Below, in pieces: positions 39,542 to 53,510 of a stretch of DNA of 64,000 bases. The position numbers and the translations under genes are program-made. The stretch's first letter is position 1; each line of letters starts with the position of its first letter. This DNA is from Candidatus Latescibacterota bacterium (lineage in GTDB: Bacteria > Latescibacterota > UBA2968 > GCA-2709665), in the NCBI GenBank assembly GCA_965248435.1, contig OZ252100.1:2400001-2464000 (forward strand). Reading direction: 5' to 3'. The notes beneath the pieces were generated by a model, which did no database searches, was not told where the DNA came from, and was given only the letters and a program-made list of their open reading frames with translations.

Positions 39542-40504
39542 TTGAATAAACACATCCCTACCGGACGCAGAGGCGTCGGCCTGGTGTTTGCGGCATCCAC
39601 CGCGCTCATGTGGGCCACGATTCCTGTCTTGCTCAAGAGCCTGGTTGAAGGCCTGGATCCCTACACGATTACCTGCTTCCGCTTCTTCGTATCGACCGGG
39701 ATGTTGATGGTCGTTGTGCTCCGAAAGCGGGGAATCCGGTCCACAATCCGCGCGGCCAGATCCAGTCCAATCCTTTTGATTCTTTCCACCCTGGGCGTCA
39801 CCGGCTCGTTTGTTTTCTATCTGTTATCCCTGAACCATCTCTCACCCGGCACCTCTCAGGTCCTCATTCAGCTCTCCCCCATCTTCATGGTGCTGGGTGG
39901 CCTGCTCTTATTCAAGGAACCGTTTGCCGTTCGTCAATGGATCGGGCTTGGAATCCTTCTCTCTGGACTCGTCCTCTTCTTCAACCAACGCTACGCCGAG
40001 CTGCTTGGCGGGTCCGACTCGCTTGTCACTGGTGTGCTGCTCGTTCTCGTCTCCGCCGTCGCGTTAGCCACGTACGCCCTTGCCCAAAAGCAGCTTCTGA
40101 CGGTTCTACCGACCGAATCCACCCTGGTGCTCGTTTTCTTGTTCGGCACCCTGCTGCTCCTCCCCCTCTCTGAGCCGTCCCAACTGCTGTGGATGAGTCC
40201 ATATCAAGGCCTCCTGCTTTGCATCTGCGCCTTCTCTACTCCGCTTTCGTACTTCACGTTCGCGCGGGCCCTCGACCATCTGGAGGCGTCACGGGTGAGC
40301 GTGGTCCTCCACGTAAATCCGCTTCTCACGATCAGTGAGATGACGCTCCTCACTGCTCTGTTCCCAGGTCTGCTTGAACCCGAGCACCTGAACGTCGTAA
40401 GCATTCTTGGGGCGGTCGGGGTCGTGGGAGGCGCTATACTCGTCTCCCTGAGTCCCGCAAAAGACACAGGGGTCGCGAGTGTTCCAAAAACGGCTGGTAC
40501 GTGA
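39542..40504 (+). CDS. EamA/DMT family transporter (copy 2)
   Basis: Colinear paralog of copy 1 (YALAQKQLL, FPGLLEPEHLN); TTG start. Confidence 0.9.
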   Translation: MNKHIPTGRRGVGLVFAASTALMWATIPVLLKSLVEGLDPYTITCFRFFVSTGMLMVVVLRKRGIRSTIRAARSSPILLILSTLGVTGSFVFYLLSLNHLSPGTSQVLIQLSPIFMVLGGLLLFKEPFAVRQWIGLGILLSGLVLFFNQRYAELLGGSDSLVTGVLLVLVSAVALATYALAQKQLLTVLPTESTLVLVFLFGTLLLLPLSEPSQLLWMSPYQGLLLCICAFSTPLSYFTFARALDHLEASRVSVVLHVNPLLTISEMTLLTALFPGLLEPEHLNVVSILGAVGVVGGAILVSLSPAKDTGVASVPKTAGT

Positions 40505-40634
40505 TCTCTGAACAGCAGATGCCAGCGACCCTACCTTTTTGACAAAGCAACACCACAAACGTATATTAATCCCCACGAAATTCACGACTTACGACAAGGC
40601 CGGGGCGAGGAAGCCGGGGTTCCAAGGAGGCTTT

Positions 40635-42896
40635 ATGATGAAGCAACCAAACGCTTTGCACAAATATGTGATTGCCTTATCGGGATTTCTCTTGGCTGTC
40701 GGCATTACTGCCCCCCATGCCCAGGATCTATCTGACCTGGATGCATTGCTCGAGACGCCGCTTTCAGAGCTGGTGGAAATAGACGTCTCGCTGGCGTCCG
40801 GAATAGAGGAGTCCATCTTCGACGCCCCGGCCGCAATGGTCGTGGTCACCGCCGAAGAAATCGAGCAGCGGGGCTACACGAACCTGGCGGAAATCATCGT
40901 GGATCTTCCCGGCTTCGATACCGTGCTCGCGAACGGAATACCGTATCTCTACGCCTACCAGCGCGGGTATCGCCATCCGTCTACCCAGCGGACGCTGCTC
41001 ATGATCAACGGCCACGTCGACAACCACCTGTGGACACACCAGGCTGTGTTCAGCCGTCGGTTTCCGCTTTCCAGCATCAAGAAGGTCGAGGTGCTCTACG
41101 GTCCCGCTTCCGCGATATATGGACCGAACGCGTTTCTGGGCATCGTCAACATCGTGACGTACGACGGAGAAGAAGTCAGGAACAAAGAGAACGCCAGCAA
41201 GATTACGATCCACGGGGGCAGCTACAGCTCGAGAGGCGTGGATGTCGCCGTGAGAGGAAAGATCGATGACGTCGCGTATTCCCTGTCGGGAAGGGTATTC
41301 AGAAGCGACGAGCCCGATCTGTCGGGCCGATTCGGGTTCATCGATCAGCGTCTCTACGCCGATCAGGATACCTGGGGGCCGCTGCTCGACGTCGAGCACC
41401 GAAATCGTCAATTCGGAACGTACTTCGACCCGACGGACGACAACGGCGTCCTGGCCAGCCTGCGGTACCGAGACCTGAAACTGGGATATGTCAGATGGGT
41501 CCGAAAGGAGGGCTACGGGCCGCATTACGTCGCAGATCGCGTCCAGAACAACGTGTTCTGGAACTCCTCCGGGACACAGATCTACCTGGAATCGGAGAGG
41601 CAGGTGATCGATCAGCTGAAGAGCAGATCGCTGCTTTCGTTCCGGAAGAGCCGCACGTGGGGCGGGTGGCCCGAAGCACTGCCGGATTTTAACCCGGGAA
41701 TGGATCACCTCTCATTCATCAGCTTCACGCAGTGGAATTCGATCAGCAACAGCTGGTTGTTCAAACAGCAGTTCGAGGTTTCGCTGCAGGATGTTCTGTT
41801 TACGGGTGGGTTCAAATTCGAGCGGAAGGAACTCACCAAGGCGTATGACATTCCCGGGTACTGGGGCGCTTTCAGCTCAAGCGTGCCGTCAACTGACCCC
41901 GGTCCACACGGTTTCGGTGCGGGCATCTTTCACAGCACGGACGACGTTTACACGACTCCCCCGCTCCACAACCCGGAGATGCCGCCGAACAACCTGGCCA
42001 TCACCGAGGATGTCGGCGGGTTCGTACAGGGGATCTTCGATGCGAACCCGTTCCGTTTCAATGCGGGTATCCGCTACGACCACAATTCCCTTTACGGTCG
42101 CTCCGTAAATCCCAGGGTGTCCGCTGTATATAAGTTTTCGTCCCGAAGCGCGCTGAAGCTGCTCTACGGAGAGGCGTTCCAGGAGCCGGCGCCGATACAG
42201 GTATGGGGGGGCTGGAACGGACGACTGTCCAATCCGGACCTCAGACCGGAAAAGGCACGGAATGCCGAAGTCATCGCCATGGTCCACACGGGGCGGTTCT
42301 TCCACGATGTCTCACTTTACTTTTCTCACTACGACAACGTGATCAAGGAGGAAGCGGAGAATGCGGGAAGCCGGGACATCTGGGGCATCGAATACAGAGG
42401 CAGGTTCACGTTTCCGAATTTCATCTCTAGTGCGCCGGACATGTCCGGGTTCTTCTACTACACGTTTACAGACGTCACGAGCAGTATCCACTTCAATCAC
42501 GATTCCGGACAGTGGGAAGACGGGGACACAGAGTTGGGGGATATCGCACCTCACAAGGTCAACATCGGTGTTAATCTTCCAGCCCGGAGAAACTGGAACC
42601 TGAACTTGAGGGGAAATTTTGTGAGCCGCCGCAAACTGTATTCACAGAATCCTCTAAGGGCTCAGGACAAGACGATAGACCCATACTTCGTCCTCAACAG
42701 CGCATTGAGCTATAAGTACGCCCCCTTTACAGCTACGGCCAAAGTCCTGAATCTGTTCGACAACGATTACTTTCACCCCGGTGTGGAGCAGGCTGACAGC
42801 GGGGACGATTTTACGAAAAGAAGCCTGGGGTTTCGGAATTCCCTCATCCCCCAGCCCAAACGGTCGTTCGTGTTCCGCGTGAGCATAGAATACTAG
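40635..42896 (+). CDS. TonB-dependent receptor
   Basis: SD AAGGAGG; signal peptide; plug motifs LLMING, IKKVEVLYGPASAIYG.NA..GIVNI; NPDLRPE; NLFD; terminal Y. Confidence 0.93.
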   Translation: MMKQPNALHKYVIALSGFLLAVGITAPHAQDLSDLDALLETPLSELVEIDVSLASGIEESIFDAPAAMVVVTAEEIEQRGYTNLAEIIVDLPGFDTVLANGIPYLYAYQRGYRHPSTQRTLLMINGHVDNHLWTHQAVFSRRFPLSSIKKVEVLYGPASAIYGPNAFLGIVNIVTYDGEEVRNKENASKITIHGGSYSSRGVDVAVRGKIDDVAYSLSGRVFRSDEPDLSGRFGFIDQRLYADQDTWGPLLDVEHRNRQFGTYFDPTDDNGVLASLRYRDLKLGYVRWVRKEGYGPHYVADRVQNNVFWNSSGTQIYLESERQVIDQLKSRSLLSFRKSRTWGGWPEALPDFNPGMDHLSFISFTQWNSISNSWLFKQQFEVSLQDVLFTGGFKFERKELTKAYDIPGYWGAFSSSVPSTDPGPHGFGAGIFHSTDDVYTTPPLHNPEMPPNNLAITEDVGGFVQGIFDANPFRFNAGIRYDHNSLYGRSVNPRVSAVYKFSSRSALKLLYGEAFQEPAPIQVWGGWNGRLSNPDLRPEKARNAEVIAMVHTGRFFHDVSLYFSHYDNVIKEEAENAGSRDIWGIEYRGRFTFPNFISSAPDMSGFFYYTFTDVTSSIHFNHDSGQWEDGDTELGDIAPHKVNIGVNLPARRNWNLNLRGNFVSRRKLYSQNPLRAQDKTIDPYFVLNSALSYKYAPFTATAKVLNLFDNDYFHPGVEQADSGDDFTKRSLGFRNSLIPQPKRSFVFRVSIEY

Positions 42897-42922
42897 GGCG
42901 ATGTCCAAACAGGAACTGCTGA

Positions 42923-45900
42923 ATGGATAAGCCACTCATCGACATTTTGTGGGTAACGGTTTGTACGAGCCTTGTATTCCTCATGCAGGGTGGATTCCTG
43001 TGCCTGGAAACCGGACTCACGCGCAGCAAGAACAACATCAACGTGGCCATAAAAAACCTGACCGACCTGGGCATCTCCATCGTCCTGTTCTGGGCACTCG
43101 GTTATGGACTCATGTTCGGTGATTCAAAGGGTGGGTGGATCGGGTCAACCGCATTCATACCGGACCTCGGCCGTGGAGACACCTGGTCTTCCGTCTTCCT
43201 CCTCTTCGCGGCCATGTTCTGTGGCACAGCGGTAACCATCGTTTCCGGGGCCGTCGCGGAGCGCCTCCGGTTTGCCGGTTACCTGATGATCGCAGCCCTG
43301 GCGTCAAGCCTGGTCTATCCGGTCTTCGGCCATTGGGTCTGGAACGGCGTCGACTCAGGAACGGCAACGGGATGGCTTGGCGCGAGAGGGTTCGTCGATT
43401 TCGCCGGCACCTCGGTCGTTCACAGCGTGGGAGGTTGGATCTCTCTCGCCATCCTGGTCATAATCGGTCCCCGCAGCGGCCGTTTCCCCAAAGACGGGCC
43501 GCCCCAGAAGATTCACGGAGCCAACCTGCCGATCGCGACGTTGGGGGTGCTCCTGTTATGGCTCGGCTGGTTCGGTTTCAACGGCGGCAGCACGCTCGCG
43601 ATGAACGATCAGGTCCCGGGAATCATTGCCAATACGGTGTTTTCCGGCGCCGCTGGACTGGTCGCCGGAGTCGCGATAGGCTGGGTCGTGAGGGGGCGGC
43701 CGGACGTCGACCTCGTGATCAACGGTTCTCTGGCGGGCCTGGTCGCGATTACTGCGAGCGCTCACGCAGTGACCACGCTATCTGCCGTGGTCATCGGTGC
43801 CCTTGGGGGGGTCGTGATGGTCGGCGTCGACCACTTGCTGGTTCGCTTCCGGATCGATGACGCCGTCGGCGCAATCCCCGTCCACCTGGGGGCCGGAATC
43901 TGGGGCACCCTGGCTGTGGCCATATTTGGCCAGCCCGATCTTCTTGCTACAGGCCTTCCTTTCTGGGAACAGCTCCAGATACAGATCCTGGGCATCGTGG
44001 TCTGTGCCGCCTGGACCTTCGGCCTGGTCTACATCGTGTTCTATCTGATCAATCGCCTGTTCCAACTCCGCGTGAGCTCTGAGGATGAACATATCGGACT
44101 CAACGTCTCCGAACACGGCGCAACGACCGACCTCCTCGACCTGTTCACGGTGATGGACAGTCAGTCGAAGACGGGAGACTTGAACCTGCGTGCCCCGGTC
44201 GAACCGTTCACGGAAGTCGGCCAGATTGCCGAACGCTACAATCAGGTCATGGAAGCGTTGGAGAGGGTCACTGCCAGGACAGAGGCCATCGTGAGAAGTG
44301 CCATGGATGGCGTGGTGACATTCGCGAAAGATTCGCTTTCCGTCTTCACGCTCAATCCTGCGGCTGAGGCCATCTTCGGATACCGGGAGGCCCAGATCTC
44401 TCATCAGCCATTGACGAAGCTCTTCGAGTCAACCGATCAAAGTTCAGATGTCGCTGGATCTGAGCAGATCGCGTCAACGATCTCCGAGATGGATACAGGC
44501 GAGACCCATCACGAATACACGGGCAGGCGTTCAGATGGCTCGACGTTTCCGATGGAGGTCACCGTGACAGAGGCGGAAACGGCCCGGGACCAGTTTTACG
44601 TAGGGACATTTCGGGATATTACAGATCGAAAACGGGCTGAAGTCGAGTTACAACGGGCAAAAGAGTTGGCCGAAGCCGCGAACACCGCCAAGAGTCTCTT
44701 TCTTGCGAACATGAGTCACGAAATCCGGACGCCCATGAACGCAATCCTGGGCTATGCCCAGATCCTTAGAGACGATCCGGAGCTGCCTAAACAGCAGCGG
44801 CAGGCAGTTGAAACCATCAAGACGAGCGAGGAGCATCTCCTGGGACTGATCAACGATGTTCTGGACATTTCCAAGATCGAGGCTGGACGCCAGGTACTCA
44901 ACGCGGCCGATTTTGATCTACGGGACTTTCTGCAGGGCCTCGGAGCGATGTTCGAGGTACGCTGCTGGGAAAAAGACCTCCGCTGGGTTCTGGCAGCAGA
45001 CGTCCCAGATGGTCTTGTGAACGGCGACGGGAACAAGCTTGGGCAGGTACTGATCAATCTGCTCGGAAATGCGGTAAAGTTCACCCAACAGGGGGAAGTT
45101 TTACTGCGGGTGGAAGCACGCGACGACGACCACTACTACTTCCAGGTCTCTGACACAGGGCCGGGAATTGCTGCAGAGCAGCAAGCCGCCGTTTTCGAAC
45201 CCTTTCAACAAGATGGAACTTCGCACGAAGGCACGGGACTGGGGTTGGCCATCTCCCGCCAGCTCGTCGAGCTGATGGATGGGCAGCTGACGTTGAAGTC
45301 CGCACTCGGAGAAGGTTCCCGATTCTCCTTCGTCCTGCGACTTCCGCGTGGACAGTCCCCGCACAATGAAGAGGCGAGTCTGAATTTGTCCAGGGTTACA
45401 CACCTGGCCGACGGCTTTTCCGCTCGCGCGCTTGTTGTGGATGACGTCGAAAGCAGCCGAGATATTCTTTCAAAGGTGCTGACCAGAATCGGTGTCGAAG
45501 TGGAAACGGTCGAAACCGGGATCCACGCGATCGAGCGATTTCGACAACGTCCACCCGACATCGTCTTTATGGACATCCGCATGCCGGAAATGGATGGCAC
45601 CGAAACGATGCGGCGTCTGGTCGCGGAACACGGTCCCGACGCGATGGCCATCGTGGCAGTAACCGCTTCGGTCTTCGAACACGAGCGCCAACACTATTTG
45701 GAGGCAGGGTTTGACGACTTCATCGGCAAGCCGATCCGTGTCGAACAGATCTATGCCTGCCTGTCGGAGCTGCTCGGCGTCGAGTTCACCTACGGTCCCG
45801 GTCCGGAAAAGCCGGATGAGTCGCCCCTCGACCTGAGCCAGGTCGTCCTGCCCGAAGCGCTTTACGACGCTATCAAACAAGGAGCAGAAAGTCACAGCGT

Positions 45901-46042
45901 GACCGAACTCAGAAAATGTATTGACCAACTCGAAACCCTGGATGCACCAGGACCGAAACTGGCCGCCCGTCTGCGCCAGTTGATCCAGAAATTCGACATA
46001 GCCAGCATCGCCACCCTGATGAATGAGGTTGGGTATGAATAG
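42923..46042 (+). CDS. Ammonium transporter-PAS-histidine kinase-receiver fusion
   Basis: Amt: MQGGFLCLE.G, SGAVAER, DFAG.SVVH, GWFGFNGGS, DDAVGAIPVH; PAS/PAC; H-box SHEIRTP, N/G boxes; REC FMD, KP. Confidence 0.93.
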   Translation: MDKPLIDILWVTVCTSLVFLMQGGFLCLETGLTRSKNNINVAIKNLTDLGISIVLFWALGYGLMFGDSKGGWIGSTAFIPDLGRGDTWSSVFLLFAAMFCGTAVTIVSGAVAERLRFAGYLMIAALASSLVYPVFGHWVWNGVDSGTATGWLGARGFVDFAGTSVVHSVGGWISLAILVIIGPRSGRFPKDGPPQKIHGANLPIATLGVLLLWLGWFGFNGGSTLAMNDQVPGIIANTVFSGAAGLVAGVAIGWVVRGRPDVDLVINGSLAGLVAITASAHAVTTLSAVVIGALGGVVMVGVDHLLVRFRIDDAVGAIPVHLGAGIWGTLAVAIFGQPDLLATGLPFWEQLQIQILGIVVCAAWTFGLVYIVFYLINRLFQLRVSSEDEHIGLNVSEHGATTDLLDLFTVMDSQSKTGDLNLRAPVEPFTEVGQIAERYNQVMEALERVTARTEAIVRSAMDGVVTFAKDSLSVFTLNPAAEAIFGYREAQISHQPLTKLFESTDQSSDVAGSEQIASTISEMDTGETHHEYTGRRSDGSTFPMEVTVTEAETARDQFYVGTFRDITDRKRAEVELQRAKELAEAANTAKSLFLANMSHEIRTPMNAILGYAQILRDDPELPKQQRQAVETIKTSEEHLLGLINDVLDISKIEAGRQVLNAADFDLRDFLQGLGAMFEVRCWEKDLRWVLAADVPDGLVNGDGNKLGQVLINLLGNAVKFTQQGEVLLRVEARDDDHYYFQVSDTGPGIAAEQQAAVFEPFQQDGTSHEGTGLGLAISRQLVELMDGQLTLKSALGEGSRFSFVLRLPRGQSPHNEEASLNLSRVTHLADGFSARALVVDDVESSRDILSKVLTRIGVEVETVETGIHAIERFRQRPPDIVFMDIRMPEMDGTETMRRLVAEHGPDAMAIVAVTASVFEHERQHYLEAGFDDFIGKPIRVEQIYACLSELLGVEFTYGPGPEKPDESPLDLSQVVLPEALYDAIKQGAESHSVTELRKCIDQLETLDAPGPKLAARLRQLIQKFDIASIATLMNEVGYE

Positions 46043-47183
46043 GTCCCAGATCGACCTGGCCGGCGGCAAAGTGCTTGTCGTCGACGACGTACCCGCAAAC
46101 ATCGATGTGCTTCGGGACGCTCTCGAAGAATGCGGCGCCAACGTGTTCGCGGCCACGAGCGGTGAGGTCGCCCTGAAGGTCGTAGAACGGTCTCTTCCGG
46201 ATCTGATCCTGCTGGACGTGATGATGCCCGGCCTGGATGGATTCGAAACGTGTGATCGTCTCAAGGCGAGGGCCGGGACGCAAGACATTCCGGTGATCTT
46301 TCTCACCGCCAGAGGGGAAATGGAAGACATCGTCGAGGGATTCGAGCGGGGCGCGGTAGACTATGTGACAAAGCCCTTCAACACTACCGAATTGCTTGCC
46401 AGAGTCAACACCCATCTGACAATCTACCGCCTTCAGATGGCGCTGGAAGAGCACGCGGACAATATCGCCCGGATGTACCGAGAACAGGAGTCCTTTTTGC
46501 GGCACGAACTCAGAAATCGGCTCGGATGCGTGATGGGCTACACAGATATGGTCTTGATGGAGGAGAGTCTGAACGAGCGTTTGCGAGGCTGGATGACGTC
46601 GGTTCAGGAAGCCACAGTGAATACATCTGAACTGATCGACTCGATGCAGAGCCTTCAGGAGTTCGAGACCGGCGAGTTCGAGCTGAGGACAAACCCGCTC
46701 GAGCTGGACCCGCTCGTAAAGCAGGTGGTTTTGGACCTGGAGACGATGCTCGGAGACCGCGTGAAGATCGAGTACGAGAATGGCGTGGCGGATTCAGCTA
46801 TACAGGGAAACGCCAATCTCCTGAAGGGCGTTTTCCAAAACCTGATAAAGAATGCGGTCGAACACGTCGCCGAGCTAGGTGACGCCCAGCAGCGTATCGT
46901 CAGGGTCAATCTGGCGACAGAAAACAGAAAAGCGGTCATCAAAGTCAACAACCAGGGAGAGCCGGTCCCGCCTGAGAAATTGGCATTGTTCTTCGAGAAA
47001 TTCAACTCCACCCGACGCAGAAAAGGCGGTACCGGGCTGGGAACGACGTACGCCTACCTCGTGACCAAGGCGCACGGAGGCCAAATTTCGGTCGCGTCTG
47101 ACAGGAGCCAAGGCACGACGGTCACGGTTGAACTCCCGATGAACGCCACCTCTAGCGCAAGTCCAGATGTCATAGATCCATGA
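46035..47183 (+). CDS. Receiver-histidine kinase (REC-HisKA-HATPase)
   Basis: VDD, LLDVMMP, KPF; RHELRN; NLIKNA; GGTGLG. Confidence 0.9.
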   Translation: MNRSQIDLAGGKVLVVDDVPANIDVLRDALEECGANVFAATSGEVALKVVERSLPDLILLDVMMPGLDGFETCDRLKARAGTQDIPVIFLTARGEMEDIVEGFERGAVDYVTKPFNTTELLARVNTHLTIYRLQMALEEHADNIARMYREQESFLRHELRNRLGCVMGYTDMVLMEESLNERLRGWMTSVQEATVNTSELIDSMQSLQEFETGEFELRTNPLELDPLVKQVVLDLETMLGDRVKIEYENGVADSAIQGNANLLKGVFQNLIKNAVEHVAELGDAQQRIVRVNLATENRKAVIKVNNQGEPVPPEKLALFFEKFNSTRRRKGGTGLGTTYAYLVTKAHGGQISVASDRSQGTTVTVELPMNATSSASPDVIDP

Positions 47184-47728
47184 AATCCCAGGTGCACAAG
47201 AAAATACTCATCGGTCTCCTCTGCCTGAGCTCGCTCGCGGTTCCTGCGGGCGCAGAAGACGTCGATCTGCTGACCAACTTCAAGGCGGTCTTCGTTTACA
47301 ACTTCCTTGACTATGTACACTGGCCCGAGGGAGATGGGACTGAGGTGATCAAGATTGGCATTCTAGGCGACAGCCCTCTGGAAGAGCCGCTTCGAAAAAT
47401 CGCTGAGAGAAAGAGCACCGAGAAGAGAAAAATCCGAGTCGCGGTGAGGAAGGACGTTGAAGACTTGGGAGACTGCCACGTCCTGTTCATCCCCTCAGGC
47501 CAGGTCGGACGGCTAAAGGAGATCAAGGCATATCTGATCGACCAGAGCGTCCTCACGGTCACCGACACTCCCGGACTCGCAAACCGAGGCGTAGCTATCA
47601 ACTTTATCCTGGTCAAAGGCAAGCTCAAATTCGAGATCAATCAGCAGGCGCTCCAGCGTGCCGGCCTGCGCGCGAGTGCCCAGCTTCTCAAACTTGCCAT
47701 TCTCGTCGAAGAAGAGGAGACGGGATAG
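47180..47728 (+). CDS. yfiR: YfiR/HmsC family periplasmic protein
   Basis: KAVFVYNFLDYVHWP, CHVLFI, INF, FEIN..A..RAGL..SAQLLKLA. Confidence 0.9.
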   Translation: MKSQVHKKILIGLLCLSSLAVPAGAEDVDLLTNFKAVFVYNFLDYVHWPEGDGTEVIKIGILGDSPLEEPLRKIAERKSTEKRKIRVAVRKDVEDLGDCHVLFIPSGQVGRLKEIKAYLIDQSVLTVTDTPGLANRGVAINFILVKGKLKFEINQQALQRAGLRASAQLLKLAILVEEEETG

Positions 47729-47751
47729 ATTCGAGCCCGGTCGGATAAAAA

Positions 47752-49899
<2,148 letters not shown>

Positions 49900-49904
49900 G
49901 GGCC

Positions 49905-51890
<1,986 letters not shown>

Positions 51891-51927
51891 GGGACTGCAG
51901 GGCTGGATCACATCCGCAAATTCAAGA

Positions 51928-51960
51928 GGCCGTGGGAAGAAAATCCCACGGCCGTTTTTT
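51928..51960 (+). terminator. Intrinsic terminator of the signalling operon
   Basis: GGCCGTGGGA-AGAAAA-TCCCACGGCC-GTTTTTT. Confidence 0.8.
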
Positions 51961-51987
51961 GGTTGACGATTCGCCTGGGTTAAATGC

Positions 51988-52066
51988 GGGCAGGCACGGA
52001 GGCCTGTCCCTACAGTCGTAGATCGAGTGAATGTGTGACCGCAAGGGCAACCCCCCGTGGTTGCCT
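51988..52066. repeat. Pair of GTAG-type REP-like hairpins
   Basis: Minus strand GTAGGGACAGGCCTCCGTGCCTGCCC; plus strand degenerate GCAAGGGCAACCCCCCGTGGTTGCC. Confidence 0.6.
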
Positions 52067-52103
52067 GACATCACGATGGCCACAAGCGGTTCCTGGAGCC
52101 AGG

Positions 52104-52391
52104 CTAAGCGGCGTAGAGTCTTTTGACTTTCAGGTTGCCAGCATTCTGCTCCGCGACCCAGAGGTCATACTGGACCTGTTGGTTCAGCCAGCTTTCTGCG
52201 GAGGTACCGAACGCTTTTGCCAATCGAATAGCCATTTCCGGGCTGATTCCTGCTCGCCCATTGAGAATCGCCGAAAGTGTCTTGCGGCTCACTCCAAGGC
52301 CCTCCGCAGCCTCGGTTACAGTAATCTCCAGGGGCTCTATGCAGAGCTCTCGCAACACTTCCCCTGGATGAGGCGGATTGTGCATCTTCAT
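52104..52391 (-). CDS. higA: HigA family antitoxin
   Basis: [32 protein letters not shown]. Confidence 0.95.
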   Translation of the reverse strand: MKMHNPPHPGEVLRELCIEPLEITVTEAAEGLGVSRKTLSAILNGRAGISPEMAIRLAKAFGTSAESWLNQQVQYDLWVAEQNAGNLKVKRLYAA

Positions 52392-52669
52392 CAGTGATAG
52401 TCCTCCAGGTCTACGTCCTGCGCATCTGGACCTCGGAATCTGAAAGTGATTCTCCAGTTTCCTGAAACACGCACAGACCACGCTCCTCTTCTTTTTCCCC
52501 CCAGTTGGTGGAGGAAGAGGCCGGGCAGATCCATATCTTGTGGAGCCGTCGATGCATTCAGGCGACCGAGAACAATGCGGATACGGCCGGCTTGTTGTGC
52601 TTGAATTCCACGTGTGGTTCCTGTCCTGAAGAAACGCTCCAGGCCCCTGTGCTTAAAACTCTGAATCAC
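52391..52669 (-). CDS. higB: HigB (RelE-like) toxin
   Basis: [29 protein letters not shown]; toxin-first order. Confidence 0.95.
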   Translation of the reverse strand: MIQSFKHRGLERFFRTGTTRGIQAQQAGRIRIVLGRLNASTAPQDMDLPGLFLHQLGGKRRGAWSVRVSGNWRITFRFRGPDAQDVDLEDYH

Positions 52670-52675
52670 AAGGGA

Positions 52676-52704
52676 AATGTAACCTATAACGACACAGGTG
52701 TCAA
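52676..52704 (-). promoter_or_regulatory. higBA promoter, probably leaderless
   Basis: TTGACA-17 nt-TACATT; GTG start is 7 nt after the -10. Confidence 0.65.
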
Positions 52705-52873
52705 GTCAGTGTTGGAGCTGGCTCTAAGCATCCAGTCGGACGCTGCCGGCTAAAGGTCAGATTCACCGCGTCGCGCTCACGAATTCAAGAGGCCGCACAA
52801 TTGCGGATTGAGGATTTGGGATTGCGGAATGAAAGGCAAAAGGGCGTGTTTTCGGAATCGGAAGATAAATGTG

Positions 52874-52898
52874 GTAGGAGCCAGCTCCTGCTGGCGAA
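52874..52898 (+). repeat. GTAG-type REP-like hairpin
   Basis: GTAGGA-GCCAGC-TCCT-GCTGGC-GAA. Confidence 0.6.
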
Positions 52899-52964
52899 CC
52901 CCTGAATGGGGCTTTCGCATTCGAGGGCTTGCGGACGACGGCCTTTAGCCTCCGGCGGAGAGGC

Positions 52965-53010
52965 CAGTCCCCTCCTTGGAGGGGTGCCCCGAAGGGGCGG
53001 GGTGGGTGCA
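52965..53010. repeat. C/G palindrome variant (family C)
   Basis: CCCCTCC-TT-GGAGGGG followed by GCCCC-GAA-GGGGC-GGGGTGG. Confidence 0.6.
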
Positions 53011-53041
53011 ATCAGGATCTCTGAACAACATGCCTCCGGCG

Positions 53042-53077
53042 GCCTACTTTTCTTGTCACGCCACAAGAAAAGTAGGC
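53042..53077. other. Perfect 15-bp stem-loop
   Basis: GCCTACTTTTCTTGT-CACGCC-ACAAGAAAAGTAGGC. Confidence 0.75.
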
Positions 53078-53422
53078 AAAAGAAGGGCGCCGCTCAGGCG
53101 CCGCGGGGGCTTGGGCCGCGGCACCTTACCCTCAGTGCGAAGAACGGTGCGGCAAAAGGACTGAACTCCTCCCCTCACCTGATGCCCACCGCGGGACCCG
53201 CCCCCACTCCGCGAATTTCCATTCGCCCGCACCCCAACCCCCGCACCTCACCCGGTCCCACAGAGGGCCCCAACCCCCTAGGAGGAGAGAGCCACTGGTT
53301 GCAAGGAAGTCGCACACCGCGGCCCTGACATCTTCAATCGGTGCATTTCGTGAGTTCTACGGCACCTGCCTGCGAATTCTGCACATAGACCTTGTTACCT
53401 TAGCCCCAACATTTGACGAAGA

Positions 53423-53508
53423 TCCTTTACAAAGGGGGGAGATTAGAGAGTACCCATCAGGGAATAGATTCTTCCCCCTTTGGAAAAGGGGGATTGAGGG
53501 GGATTTTT
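53423..53508. repeat. Family A palindrome abutting the DUF559 gene
   Basis: CTTCCCCCTTTGGAAAAGGGGGATTGAGGGGGATTTT ends 3 nt before the TTG start. Confidence 0.85.
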
Positions 53509-53510
53509 CC

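Noticed and set aside
52763-53328. Small ORFs in the repeat pile-up
   Set aside because: Translations are Pro/Gly/Arg-rich readouts of palindromes with no protein-like motifs
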